A stretch of DNA of 64,000 nt from Octopus bimaculoides. Its lineage: Eukaryota. Under the pieces are notes generated by a model. It was not told the origin of the DNA. It was given only the letters and a program-made list of their open reading frames with translations, and ran no database searches. The translations under genes and the position numbers were made by a program. The DNA lies in NCBI RefSeq assembly GCF_001194135.2, contig NC_068982.1:43396694-43460693 (forward strand), written 5' to 3'. This document shows, piece by piece, positions 11,501 through 25,394 of this stretch. How positions within the stretch are numbered: the stretch's first letter is position 1; the number at the start of each line of letters is the position of its first letter.

Positions 11501-11972
11501 ACCCAGATATGCATCTATATATACATGTAGATGTAGGTATGTACATACATGTACGTATATATGCATATACTCATATATTATTTGCATTATATATATATAT
11601 ATATATATATATAAATATAAAGAGAGAGAGAGACATAAAAGCACATACGTTTATATATATATTCAAACACATACATATATATGCATACACATATAATGCA
11701 TGTAAATATATAGATATATGTGTGTGTGTGTGTGTGTGTGTGCATAAGGAAAAAGAAAACGAAGATAAAATTGATAATTGATAAATTATCAATTATCATT
11801 CTATCTCCATTTTCTGTTTTTCTTTAAATATAGAAAAACTTCGGTTTATTCTTGTTCATCCCTAATACACATAATCACATATAAGAAAGCCACCAGTTAA
11901 TTAATTGGATACAAATATCTCTTAGACGGTTGTTATAACCTCTAACTTAACTCACCTATATATTTATGTGTG

Positions 11973-12021
<49 letters not shown>

Positions 12022-12117
12022 TTACATATATATCTACATATATACATGTATATACATGTATAATCAGCTATCACCTACTCGCTAAGATTAGTGGTCTTGT
12101 GCCAAAAATTGAAACAA

Positions 12118-12148
<31 letters not shown>

Positions 12149-12162
12149 ATTACCCCCTTCCC

Positions 12163-12202
<40 letters not shown>

Positions 12203-12589
12203 TACACACACCTGTGCATGTGTAAATTCTTTTCTGTCCTGAGTTAAAATGACATCGAAGGAAGATTTTTGTCATTCATCCATCCGGAATCGTTGATATT
12301 GGTATACATGTAAATAATGGCAAGCGGGCACCGAACAAAATGTTTAGCGGCATCTCTTCTGGTTCTACATTTTGAGTTCAAATTCCTCTTTTCAATCCTT
12401 CGGAGTCGATGGAATAGGCACCAGTTGAACACGGTGTCGATATAATCGACTAGATCCCTCTCGAAGTTTCAAACCTTATGCTTAAAGAAGAAAGTATATT
12501 AATATATACATATACCAGGTATCATGTGTTTATGTATTGTAGTCTCTTGTACCAATCTTACAATAATAATGATAATAATAATTCTATCT

Positions 12590-12766
12590 ACTGGAAGCAC
12601 AATGCCTGAAATTTTTATAGGGAGGGAACTAGTCGATTACATCGACCCCAGTGTTTCACTGGTACTTAATTTATCGACCCCGGAAGGATGAAAGGAAAGT
12701 CAACCTCGGCGGAATTTAAACTCAGAACGTAGCGACGGGAGAAATACCGCTAAGCATTTCGTCCAG
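12590..12766 (-). mobile_element. SINE A copy
   Basis: Reverse complement of the family consensus seen elsewhere; followed by compound (TAC)(TAA)(TGA) tract. Confidence 0.85.
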
Positions 12767-13396
12767 CGTACTACTACTACTACTACTACTAATAATAATA
12801 ATAATAATAATAATAATGATGATGATGATGAAGATGATGATGATGATGATAATAATAATAATAATACAGTATTCAATAAAACAAAGAAGGGAAGAATGCA
12901 CAGTAATACAACAGTAAAAAAGAAAAAAAGAATAAAAGTATTGTGGTCCTCTTGATACAAGAGGAACTCTAAGTATAAACGACGAACTCCACCGTCCAAG
13001 GATCTCTCAGAAAACCAAGGAAAAGTACCCTTTCCAATTCCTTTTCCCCGATTCACAAGCCTACACTTAAAGCTATACCGTTCCACTCTTGTCATTTTCG
13101 AAAATTTCACCCCAGACACTAAAATGCTATTATAAATATCCAGGTGATTTGAGTCTTCCTATTACAGATCTGGACTATTTATTTGATCGATGACAGAGAT
13201 GCTAAGTCAACCTGACAGTGATTTTAATGTCAAAACCTCTTCCTGGAAAAGTTATTGCCGAATATCTTCTTTCCTCGGCATAATATCCAACAATCTGTTC
13301 CTGTCAATTATTTCCTTCTTACACATGTGTATCTAATATATATTTTAAGGCTACACTAAGTAAGTGTTAGTGACATTAACATATTTCCCAGGAAAA

Positions 13397-13575
13397 GGCG
13401 GTGAGCTGGCAGAATTGCTAGCACACCTGGCAAAATGCTTAGCGGCGTTTCGTCCGACTTTACGTTCTGAGTTTAAATTCCGCCGAGGTTTATTTTCTTG
13501 AGCGCTGAGATTGATGTAATCGAAGTACCCTCACCACCAAAACTGATGGGCTTGTACCAGAAATGTGAAACCAAT
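13397..13575 (+). mobile_element. SINE A copy with internal deletion
   Basis: GGCGGTGAGCTGGCAGAATT...GAGTTTAAATTCCGCCGAGG...GATGTAATCGA. Confidence 0.75.
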
Positions 13576-13677
13576 ATATTTCTCAGAGAAAATTAGGGAA
13601 AGTTCTATCCATGATTCGTTAATTGATGATATAGGTTCGAATTGGACTTGAATTCAAATCTTATAAACTCTTAATTT

Positions 13678-13689
13678 ATCTCTCTCTTC

Positions 13690-13725
<36 letters not shown>

Positions 13726-13727
13726 AC

Positions 13728-13777
<50 letters not shown>

Positions 13778-13782
13778 CTCTG
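13678..13782. repeat. Compound (CT)n(ATCT)n microsatellite
   Basis: Read directly. Confidence 0.9.
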
Positions 13783-14150
13783 TCTTTCTGCTAACGAGGT
13801 TGTCCTAGATTCTAAGGTTATTATGTGAAGCTCATACCCCACCCGTCAACTACATTATTGGCGTCAGTAGTTTCAACCAGTGATCAGAACCGGGACGTAA
13901 ATTCGGTTCGGTTCGCTGAAAGATTATCTTTTTGGCTCTTCGGATACTCCCTCTTTATAAATTACGATTGCTAGTAAGAGAATAATGCCTTAAATTCTAA
14001 ATGGAGGTAGAAATAGTATATTGTCACGAGCGTGACCTTCTCCACGACCATTTGTAGTGCAAAATAAATGAAATGTATCCAACCGGACATGGAAATCGGG
14101 TTACCTTCAATTCCTTCTCACCAAGTACAAGACAATATTTTGCAGTAGAA

Positions 14151-14186
<36 letters not shown>

Positions 14187-14631
14187 NNNNNNNNNNNNNN
14201 NNNNNNNNNNNNNNNNNNNNNNNNNNNNNNNNNNNNNNNNNNNNNNNNNNNNNNNNNNNNNNNNNNNNNNNNNNNNNNNNNNNNNNNNNNNNNNNNNNNN
14301 NNNNNNNNNNNNNNNNNNNNNNNNNNNNNNNNNNNNNNNNNNNNNNNNNNNNNNNNNNNNNNNNNNNNNNNNNNNNNNNNNNNNNNNNNNNNNNNNNNNN
14401 NNNNNNNNNNNNNNNNNNNNNNNNNNNNNNNNNNNNNNNNNNNNNNNNNNNNNNNNNNNNNNNNNNNNNNNNNNNNNNNNNNNNNNNNNNNNNNNNNNNN
14501 NNNNNNNNNNNNNNNNNNNNNNNNNNNNNNNNNNNNNNNNNNNNNNNNNNNNNNNNNNNNNNNNNNATTCCTTCTCACCAAGTACAAGACAATATTTTGC
14601 AGTAGAAGTGTATATATATATATTGTCTTTC

Positions 14632-15200
14632 ATCTTCTACTTGTTTCCGTTATTAGACTGCTGCCACACTGTGGCACTGCCTTGAAGAATCTTAGCCAAT
14701 CGACCCAAGAACTTATTACATTTTTTAAGCATAATACTTATTTCATCGGTGTCTGTTGCCAAACCGCTAAGTTAGGGGGATGTAAACACGCAAACACCGG
14801 TTGTCAAGCAAACACCGGTTACCACGTTCTCTCGAAGATTATACATTCTTATAACGTTACCAATTATATATTTTAATTTTATTGATCTTGATTTGATGAA
14901 GATCGACATGACCCAAGACTGATCTGAAAAAACAATAAAGTATTGAATTTTGGATCGTATGAACATTAAAGCTAGGACTTCTGTTATTTGCACCGTCGAC
15001 ATTACTTTTATCCTTACTACTTCATTTGTTTCAGCCATTAGACTATGGCCATGCTGGGGCACCGTCATGAAGGAGTTTTAGTCGAAAAATCGATTCCAGT
15101 ACTTTTTTTAATCTGGCACTTATTCTAGCGGGTACATTTACCGAACCGCTAAGTTACGGGAACGTAAGCAAACACCGGTTGTCAAGCAATGGTTAAGACC
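14632..15200 (-). mobile_element. Two SINE C 3' halves (about 14632-14830 and 15020-15200)
   Basis: Reverse complement matches the GCTTGACAACCG...TAGCGGTT...GCCGCAGTC tail of 58593-59010. Confidence 0.7.
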
Positions 15201-17366
15201 GTGATGGCGACTGGAAGGAGAGAGTGTTGCACCGGAACCTGTTTGATACTCATTTACAGCAGAGTAGACTGAAATTACGGGAAAAGAAGTGCCTTGCTCA
15301 AAGATACAATGCGTAGTCTATGCATTGAACACACGACATTATGAACACGAGGGGAACGTCCCAACCACTAATCTCCACTTAGTAAAAGAAGAAAAAAGGC
15401 CTTAGATTTAAAGTTCATGATTTTCTCGGTGTCATAAAAAAAAACTGAAGAAAAAACATTTAGTGATAAATCAAGCATCGAACCGAATATAATTCCTTTT
15501 AACTAGATAGACAAAGATTCGACAAGGTCTTTTACGAATCGATTCACTCCAGTGTTTTCCAATTGCCCAGAGAGACACGCGATTTAAGATGTGATACTTA
15601 TTCACAACGCGAGCCAATGTAAAGGCCTCAACGTAGTCGCCTCGCCTGTTGAAAATAGCAGCTAAATTTCTCTCAAATTACACCAGTCTGAATATGCAAA
15701 ACCCGAAAAGGGGGAAATAATTACGACTTAAATACTTTTGACAATAGGTCTATTTAATAACAATAACTTGGGTGAACTTAAATAAATGAAACTAAATATT
15801 CAGCTCAGAAACTTACGAAACACAGTAAATTCGAAATCGGTCAAGTTTAAGAAAATAACGTATTTGTGTAGCTAATATTTATAGAGTATCTGAGGTTTGA
15901 TCAGTTGCTAGAAAGGCAAGACCAACAGCGACGGTTTTCGAATTTAGAACCAAAATTTGAACTCGCACATGAAGCATGTTACTTTCAAATGACTCTAAAT
16001 TGGTTAACTATAGAATCTGATGTACATCGATATTCCTTTTGTTAATAACACGACACTTGTAAACACGTCACGTGGAACAATAGAGGTTGTGATTTTATCT
16101 TAAGTCAACCTTTGTGGTATATAAGAAATAGGACGTGATAACTGTAATAACTGAATTAAACATAGATGGTCGACACACCGGAGATTCTTTGTTAAACTGT
16201 TAAACAGTAACACAGCAGTACAATTGTTCTCAGTGAGTTTTACTTTAGAAACGCTGTGGGATAGTGCCGTAAAATACGATTAATTAAAGAATAAGAGCAG
16301 AAGAATGAAACTTTTAATTATCTATCAAATGTTTTTATTTATCTTACGAATAATAACCTTTCGTGTGTGAGAGAAAGAAAGAAAGTATGAAAGCAAGAAA
16401 AGACATCGTATTTCTAAAAGTGGAGGAATACGAATTCAAATTGTGACATTGATGCTTTTCCAACGAATACAGAAAAGCAAAACTAATCTCAACGAGTTAA
16501 ACTTAGAAATACTACCACCCAACAATCCAGACCTATGTCCTAATATACATTTTAGTTTATATTTCTCCTAAATATATCACAATTTGAAAAGATAGTTCTG
16601 GAGGAAGGGTGTGAAGTCGTGACGTTCATGGCGCTCTTGAGTAAAAAGAATCAGTTATCTTGATCAATGAGACAGCAACAAATGTGTTATGAAATATCAA
16701 TTGTTGACTTATTGATATAATCAGATTTGATGTGTCTGTCAAAGCCCCCTGTTTAATTTAAGGTTGACTCGCTTTGGAAGTACCCGTTGACTTCAGTTTT
16801 CGTTGTTTTTATTAGCTTTATTTTTAGTGAGTTTTCTTTTAATTTATGAATCAGCATCAGGGTATTATATAGAAAATTTATCTATCGTCTTTGTCTAGTA
16901 GATTTAACGACAGTTCTTACCAAACTAGTGACAAACTAAAGTTTATTAAGTTTTTCATGAAAAAATCTGAGTAATTAAATGACTGAAACCCTATTGCTCC
17001 TGTAGTTTCTAAGAGTATCAATTATTCGAGTTGTTAATAATTGTTGCGAAATCATAAACAATTTGTTGCGAAACTGGCAGTCCGTTGGCGAAATGGTTCT
17101 AGCGTTAGATAGCACGCCTGCGGTACATAGTTACGCTCTTTTACTTTTTGAGTTCAAATCCCACTTTAGTCGACTATGGTTTCCAGCCTTTCGGAGGAGG
17201 GAAAGCAGTTAGTCAATAAATTAAGGAGTTGGGGAGGTTAATTAATCGACCATACCCTCTATAAAATCAGTGGCGTTGAGCTAAAATTATTTTGTCCGAA
17301 ATAATAACCTCGAAATAATAACGAAGTTCGACAAATTAAATTGTGTAGAATATTTAGTGCAGCAAA

Positions 17367-17597
17367 GGCGGCGAGCTGGTTGAATAGTTAGTACGTCGGG
17401 CAAAGGGCCTCGGGCAAAGGGCCTAGCGGCATCCCGTCCGTCTTTACGTTCTGAGTTCAAATTCTACCGAGGTTGACTTTGCTGCTCATCCTTTTGAGGT
17501 CGATAAAATAAGTACCAGTTGAGCACTGGGGTTGATGTGATCGACTTATCCCCTCCCACGAGCTTGCTGGCCTTGTGCCAAAATTTGAAACCAATAT
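17367..17597 (+). mobile_element. SINE A copy (an older copy precedes it at about 17075-17290)
   Basis: GGCGGCGAGCTGG head, GAGTTCAAATT box, GGCCTTGTGCCAAAATTTGAAACC end. Confidence 0.85.
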
Positions 17598-18494
17598 TTA
17601 GTGCAACATTCTACCATTTTTTTTCCGATTCCTTCATCCTTCTCTTACCAAATTTTATTTGTAAATTTGCACATTACCAAAATGACAATCAAAATGACAT
17701 GAGGAATTTTCTAACTCATAGACAAAGCATGGCTACAGACGCAAATGTAAGACGATCACCTTCAAGGGTCTTATACTGCAGGAGATAAGAAGAAAATAAG
17801 TACCAGCTCTTTTTTATGAGTATAGTAGTGATTATATAAAATTGTTGATAATAAAAAAGAGGGTAAATATAATAGTTATTGAAAACCTTTAAGTTAATAG
17901 GATACAGGTTAAATAGGGCTCCTCTGGGGTGTAAAAACTAAGCGACTATCAAATTACCACAATACAAACGGTTCACTGGCTTCACTTTCCAGATTATTTA
18001 CCTTCAGGTAAACTGCACTCTTCACAATACTTTCGGGTTTTATACAGGTTAAAATTTGAAACCAGTATAAAGACTTGACAGTTACCCACCTCGCTTCGAT
18101 ATGCATTCATCCGTTTCGCTATTTACTTTTCGTTATCCACATCAATAATTACTCCTATTTTCTTCTGCCACAGATTTTTTTTTTCTCTCTATTTGTTTAT
18201 CTATCTCGCACGATTTCCATTTTATTGCTATCCCAATTACCGCCACAATCGTCATCGACCAATTGCCATAACTAAAAGGCTTAAGTTATACGCCATCTGT
18301 CTGCCATGACAAGACTTATTTTCACTGACATGTCCAGCCTGTGGTAGTTGTGAGGGTGAAATCTGTTATTTTTCTGTAACTCATGTTGTTTTCTCTTTGA
18401 AGATTTTATTGCACGAGCCAGTCGCCAAATATAGCTTTGCTAGTAACTTATTTTCCAAGTTCAGTTCCCGCTTGAGTTAATTTTCTTTTAACTC

Positions 18495-18955
18495 TTTAAT
18501 ATTGGTTTAAAACGTTGGCACAAGGCCAGCAGTTCTGGTGAAGGAGCAGTCGATTACATCGGCCCGCAGTGCTCAACTGGTAATTATTTTATGAACCCTG
18601 AAAGGATGAAAGACACAGTCGACCCCGGCAGTATTTGAACTCAGAACGTGAAGTCGGAAGAAATGCTGTTAAACACTTTATCCGGCAAGGTAATGATTCT
18701 ACCAGCTCGATTTTATTTTAAATTCCTTAATATTAGAAGTAAGGCAGTGAGCTAGCAGAATCTTTAGTACGCCGGACAAAATGCTTAGCGACATTTTGTC
18801 CGTCTTTTGAGTTCAAAGTTCACCGAGGTCGACTTTGCCTTTCATCCTTTTGGAGTCGATGAAAGCATTTACCAGCTGAGTACCGGGGTCGATGTAATCA
18901 ATTAGACCCACTCCCCCAAAATTGCTGGCCTTGTGCCAAAATTTGAAACCAGTAT
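18495..18955. mobile_element. Head-to-head pair of SINE A copies (18495-18708 minus, 18743-18955 plus)
   Basis: Both match the family; opposite orientation about 35 bp apart. Confidence 0.8.
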
Positions 18956-20173
18956 GAGAAGTAATATTTGTAGCATTTTTATCCATGTCATCTCTAATCG
19001 AAGAAAATTTTGATCAAAAGCATTCCAGCCGTGACCATCCTGTTTTAACTTTATATTTAAGACTATATTGTCCAATGTATCTTCCCTATTTTTTAGTCGG
19101 TTCGAGTGTGATTTGGGTTGAGATTTGGCTGGTATTTCTGGTAGGTTGTGCGATCATGTGGCGGGTCCCTTACTGATTTTCCTTTTTTATGAGCGTAATG
19201 TGGCATCGCGGATAACATTGCAGCAACGATATTAGAAACTAAATTGTAAAAGGTTTCTTCTTTCACTTGAGTTTCATTCCTTTCAAATAAACAATATCTG
19301 GGGAATGATTTAAGTTTCTGTTCATTGGCTCCAGTGGAATCCTTAATTTGCTTCTCCTTTATTTTCTACCCTCCACCCCTTTAATGTATTATTATTATTA
19401 TTATCATTATTATTATTATTATTAGTAGTAGTAGTAGTAGTAGTATCATTACCTTTATTATTTCACATTCCTGCTATAACACTTTGTTTATGGTTACCAA
19501 TAAAAATTCTCTTCTCGTTAGTAACTGCCATGTAGATATTATAGCCAGACCATTCCGTGTCTGCCAATATTTTCGTTTATACAATTAAGCTACCAATCTA
19601 AGCAACACATAACTGTTATAATTTGTAAACTAGATGTCAACCAATTTTCTCCAGATAATACATTATTCCTATTCAAAAGTCAGAACTACTAATATATTTA
19701 AGTTTATACTTATATTTCTAAGTTTATACCATGGGTTCACGAATAAACTTCCTAGCTCAAAATGCTCATAATTTCGGTTTCTGTAAAGTTAATGAGTTAT
19801 ATATCTCCCCGGGTGGACAAATGGCCTATCACATAATCTTTAAAATTACAATCAATTTCACTAAAATACTGCTGCTGATACTGTTACTGATAATGCTACT
19901 GCAGCTACTATCGCTGCTGCTACTGCTGCTGTTTACAGTGAGGAAGTGACACAATGCCAGAATTTAACTGTTGGCCTTCTCGGCAGGTTACCCAATACTT
20001 AATTGACTCTGACAGTCATAGTTCTTCCTTGTCTACCGTCATTGAAACTATCGTACCTTTATAATTAACTTGTCATCACTGGGACTGTACATAGTCACTC
20101 GATCTGCTAGAAATAGCAACCGCATCTTCCTCAAATTACACCCTGCCGTCTTAAAAAGTGCAAAGTGCTAGAT

Positions 20174-20265
20174 CAGTGGTTCCCAGCCTTTTCCCGGTGT
20201 AACTCAACAGTGGTTCTCAACCCTTTTATTGAAATGAGTTTTTCCACAGACCCCTTTTAATATGC
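20174..20265 (+). mobile_element. hAT-like MITE 5' ends in tandem
   Basis: CAGTGGTTCCCAGCCTTTT at 20174 and CAGTGGTTCTCAACC at 20208 resemble Charlie-type termini; no partner TIR seen before the gap. Confidence 0.35.
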
Positions 20266-20377
20266 TTATCCTTATATATATATATATATNNNNNNNNNNN
20301 NNNNNNNNNNNNNNNNNNNNNNNNNNNNNNNNNNNNNNNNNNNNNNNNNNNNNNNNNTATATATAGGGAGAATTCAC

Positions 20378-20530
20378 AAAAAAAAAAGACGAAGACAGGT
20401 GGTGTAGAAAACAAACAGATGTATTAGTATAGCGCTCGGAAAGTAAAAGAAAGTCTTTAACGTTTCGAGCCTACGCTCTTCCACAGAAAGGAACACGGAA
20501 AGAAACAAGGGGAGAAACAAGGAGAGAAAA
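20378..20530 (-). mobile_element. Probable Penelope-like element terminal-repeat fragment
   Basis: Carries a minimal hammerhead fold with palindromic stem III, the arrangement known from PLE repeats. No ORF seen. Confidence 0.5.
20455..20490 (-). ncRNA. Minimal type I hammerhead ribozyme-like motif with A6>U core variant
   Basis: Minus strand: CTTT-CTGTGGA-A-GAGC-GTAG-GCTC-GAAAC-GTT-AAAG. Stem I CUUU/AAAG, stem II GAGC/GCUC, palindromic AACGUU stem III. Confidence 0.55.
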
Positions 20531-21670
20531 AAAGAATGTATGAACTAAGTAAGATGAAGAGGAACCTCGGCTACTCTACACATCCACGACCAAAAGAAAC
20601 GAGTACAAAATCTTCAAGTGGGTACATATAGTTAAACTGTACAGTAGAATTAAGTTTAGAATAGTTCACTTTGATGTTGTGCATTTTTATCTGGTCATAT
20701 GTAATGCCTTTTACTACAATTCGATAAAATGTACGTTACAGAGACTAATATTAATATAATAATGAATGTTAAGAAATTGTTGTTCTTTTATTACGATTCC
20801 TACCGTGTTAAGAAGGGTGGAGACGAACACTCCGCCGTATGGCAGAGGAGTTGTGTTGGTGCCGAAGCATCTGAACCTGTGGTCTTTTCATCTTAAGTGT
20901 ACAGAAGAATATAGTAAGGAAAGCCAACATTATATTGTACAGAGATGATAGATTCTCTGTACTACATAGTACATGCATAATATGGATAAGCTTAAAAGTT
21001 CAATAGTATAATTATAAAGTTCACCCATAAAATTATGAATACGATGTTGAAAATAATAAATTATCTAGTTGATATAACCTTGAACCTAAGAGCAAGTGGA
21101 AATGCAACTGAAGGAACACAGATCATTGTCCCCTTAACAGTATTTTGAAATGGAGTAGCTTTATTGAGTAGATGTGCTTCAGACATTAATAGCACAGTAA
21201 GAACTTACACCTGTCTTTCACTTTAGACACAGACACATTGATAAGCGAAATCCAAGCTTATTTTCAAAATATATCACGCAGCTGAAAGACAGATGAATTA
21301 GAGAACTTCCAATCCACTTCCAGCTCCATTTCAAGGCACTTATTGAGTTGAAAATTGGCTGTGTTACGACAGTTGTATCTTCCTTAAGATTTCCGTAGAA
21401 AAGCATGTAAATACATTTGGTACGATTGTAAATGTTACTTGTGCATCACTGCAAAGTTTAGAATATTCTAAATAGAAGAGAGAGACAATATCTTTCTCTG
21501 TTTGCACTAAAAAAATTAAAATTTCGAGCTTTTAAGCGCATTTCTCCTGTTCTGCATGGGAAAGGCCGCCTCTATCACCCCTGGAAAAGCATTTAAGATT
21601 CTAGATAAAAATGCCCCGTTATGGCCGAACAGGCACAGAACGTTCTCTCTTCTTTCCATACTTTCTTATG

Positions 21671-21853
21671 ATTCTTTCCATCTCAATATTCAATGAACCC
21701 ATTCAATGTAGCTAAGTTTCTGCAAATATTTCTGCTTTTTAATTTTGATCTCAATATTCATTGAACCCATTCAATGTAGCAAAGTTTCTGCAAATATTTC
21801 TGCTTTTTAATTTTGATCTCAATATTCATTGAACCCATTCTTTCCATCTCAAC
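21671..21853. repeat. 68-bp tandem duplication, about 2.4 copies
   Basis: ATCTCAATATTCA recurs at 21680, 21748 and 21816 with near-identical intervening sequence. Confidence 0.9.
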
Positions 21854-23889
21854 CCAACACTTCTCAATTTCCCTTTGTTTTCTTCCTTTATTTTTTTTTT
21901 CTCCTCTATAACAAACCTGATCGAAACCTTCAATTTTTAATTTCCAATGAAGAGTTTCATGGATTGCGTAAAGGCTGCACGAATTGTGTACGAAAGGCTC
22001 CAGCTGTGTAGTGACTTCCTGGTATGTATAGGAGCTTCTGCAAAGTGTCATAAAAAGCTGATAGATGTGCATTCAAGATCTGAAATAAACCTTATGTTAT
22101 TTTTTTTCTCAAGGGGTTAAGAAAATATGTCCTTATTTCATCCCTTTGCAATTTAACTGTTCTATATGTTTTGCTTGCGGAACTTACATCTTAGCTGTTT
22201 ATTGGCCTGACTCAATATGAAAACCATCACGCTAGATATGTATTTGATTTTAACAGTGGACGAGCCTATTTATTTTAGCTCTTTGCCTTGTAATTACACA
22301 TATGACTACAATCGCAAATCGAATTACCGCACCCTATTGATTATGGATCTTTGCCATTCAGAACTTTAGATCCAGTTTGTAAAGGAGGCCTATATTCTGT
22401 ATACATAGTCAATTTTTAGAATCTTTATGTTATATATAGCTCCTGTAAGGAATTTTGTTACGTATTTTTTCTTTGCTTTTGTTTTTGTGTCATGTGGTTT
22501 TTTTCACCTCTACTTATATGTTGCACTTCTGTCTGGCTATATGTTTGACGCTATATTCTTTTCTATGGGTAATACAAGAACATAGTAAGATATGAACAAC
22601 CTTTGTGCAAAGGAGAAAACCGGTAACGTCGTTGTATCAAACGGCTTTCTCTCGCTCCTGAAAGTACTTGCGTTGATTATGCATTCTCTAGATAATTTGT
22701 AGCCTTTCCAATTCATGCATATCGACTCCAAGTTATGACCTATGAATAAATCTACAAACTTTGTCACAGAACTCGTGCTTGTCATCACCCCGTTTCTATT
22801 CCTTGAAGATATCACTTCATCATTCAGCTTATTATTGATTTTTCGATCCAAACTGTTAAATTCTACATGCGGTTACTTCCCTTTGATCTCTTTAGAGTAG
22901 TTCCCCTTGTCTTCAGTGTAGAAAATTCTCATTTTAATGTGCTGAGTTTACGACAATGTAAAATCAAAGCCATTTCTTTTCATTTTGAGTTTGTTCTTGT
23001 TTTAAATATTAATTCAAAATGGCATTCTGTAGAACTACATGGCTTTCTACGCAGATAAACCGCTAGTGATCATCAACGTTGACGTTTAATACGATTTCTG
23101 TAATGCTATATTTAACATTGCATGAGAAAACCTCGGCATTCATCTGAAGAACACGATTGAACTTTTACCTTAAAAACATTTAATAATTGTAATATATTTC
23201 TGGTAAATATACCTCATATCAAAGTGTGAAGATAAACTGAAGTCTGCCTTCGTTGCTGTTTCACGCCTTTACCGCATACAAAGACCATGTTTTATCGAAG
23301 TGTGGAAATTAGGACTAAAAATGGTTTTATTTGATATTGCTTGTCAAGAATTTTGATGCTATGTCTATGTGAAGAAATTGTGGAAGTAAGAATTGTTACG
23401 CAGTAGCCAAAAGGAGACGCTAGATTATAAAGTGGATTCTGTTTTATTTATTACGGTTGTTAAAGGATGGCATGTGTTATCTTATTAAGAATGAATTCTT
23501 TGAGCAGCAAATTTCTGATACTTCAGTCTGCGGCTTTGTTGGCAACTGTGATGATCTGATACCAGCATTTGTCCAGGCGACTTTTGGCAGATGGGGCCCA
23601 TAAATGTAGGTGATTTTGATTTGAATATGCAAATACATGTCGTACTGTCAATGTAAGGTTCACGGTCTTTGGAGTATCAGACGACTAGCAAAACATACGC
23701 ACCGTTCATGTATACAGTCTGACCCTGCAACTGCTCCGTTCTTTACTGCACCACCACTCTTCGCTTTCACGGATGGTAAGAATTCGACAACCTCCAAGTT
23801 GGAAGCTCCATAGCGCCAGCCATATACAACCTGTTATATTTAAATGTTCATCAACGGTGCAACATCTATTCCTATATTAGGTCTATCAC

Positions 23890-24400
23890 TGGACCTAAGC
23901 CACGGTTTCATATTGTTCTAAACCTTAGCTGCGCATCTTCTAACCTCATATAGTGCATCATATATAAACTACGCGGTGCTCTCTACACTGAGAAATAGGT
24001 CATCACCATCTTAATCACTTGGTGAACACATTCTATGTATTCCAGGTAAACCCATCGCCACCCACTTCAACATGAACAGTTCCATTATCCATTTATCAGT
24101 GTGCAGCACTTCTGCATATCATGGAACCGTTCACTCAAGGAAACAGAAGAAAACGTCTCTCATATTCAGAGTTGGATTTACGTGAACGTTTTAACTTCTA
24201 ATCCTTCACATCTTCATACCCTCTTAGTTCAGTAATCCCGATTTTATCTTACCTCACCTTAGACCACTTTTCTTCTCCCTCCCTCATATCTAGTTTCTCT
24301 TTCTTCCAATTTCCTGTCTACATATCCAAACTTGCGTTCAAGTTGCACTTCCCTCATTCGCAGCCAATCGTTCAAACACAGAAGACGTAAAACTGTGTTA
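23890..24400 (-). mobile_element. Possible ancient LINE endonuclease-region remnant
   Basis: Minus strand EEKWSKVR*DKIGITELR resembles the APE N-terminal motif (DIIGISETR); otherwise very decayed. Confidence 0.3.
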
Positions 24401-25394
24401 GTTATTATTATTCTTTTCTCTTATTCCCCCTACTGTTTTTATCCTGTATGACTCCACTGAAAACGTTGGACACTCAACTCGTCTCGGCAATTTCAATGTA
24501 CTTTTTATTGTGGCTTATTTTAATTTACACCCACCCACACATATACATGTATATGATTTCTACATAAAATATACTTTAATAAACGATGCGCCGAAAAAGC
24601 AGAAATATTTAAATCAAGCTATCTACTACGGTACTAGCTTAATTTATGATTACTCTTTTATCTTAATTGAATTATGTTATGTTATTGATTGGGGTCAGAT
24701 TCCAAGTACGGCTTTCTCGTGAAGGAATCACCAAACTATTAAAAACATAGGAATGCCTTTGTTTATTTTTTCATTCTTGTTCACCCACACTCAAGCGTTA
24801 TATTTAAACTATTTCAGCTCTTTTGATGCACGTCCTATTGTCCATAATATGTATATTGCTTAACAAATGATGACAAGTGGTCAAAAGCACAAATATGCAA
24901 ATTAGCTAACCCCTATGGTGCTAGCGTAATTCGTTACTGTTTTTAAATTCTGATGAATATTTTATATTCATGATAGGAAGAGGAGGAAGCCGGATACGTC
25001 TTTTCTAAGATGTGATCGACAAACCATGAAACGGCCCGTCAAGGTACGCTGCCATCTTTCTTTACACAGCAGAGACATTGAAGGAATGTTTACATTGTAA
25101 TTTCATGCACAGCTTTATCTTTAAATAGTGTGTGTGTGTGTGTGTGCGTGCGTGCGTGTGTGCGTGCGTGCGTGCGTGCGTGCGTGAGAGAGAGAGAGAG
25201 ATTCAAAATAATGATGAACGCGAACTATAATAGAAAAAAAAACAAACATGGATTAATTCACTTCATCAGCCGATTTCTATTCAGAACCATTACGATTTCG
25301 GTGCATAGAAAGCGTAGATATTGCTCGTCTGCAATCCATTTTCTTCCAGCGCTCGAAAACTTCAACCAGCTTGCCGCCTAATAAATTTCAGTAA

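Noticed and set aside
14110-14621. Identical sequence of about 45 bp plus (TA)n on both sides of the gap
   Set aside because: Most simply an unmerged contig overlap at a (TA)n tract, not a biological duplication.
22537-22851. 104-aa minus ORF
   Set aside because: No recognisable motifs or splice context; an ORF of this length can arise by chance in 64 kb.
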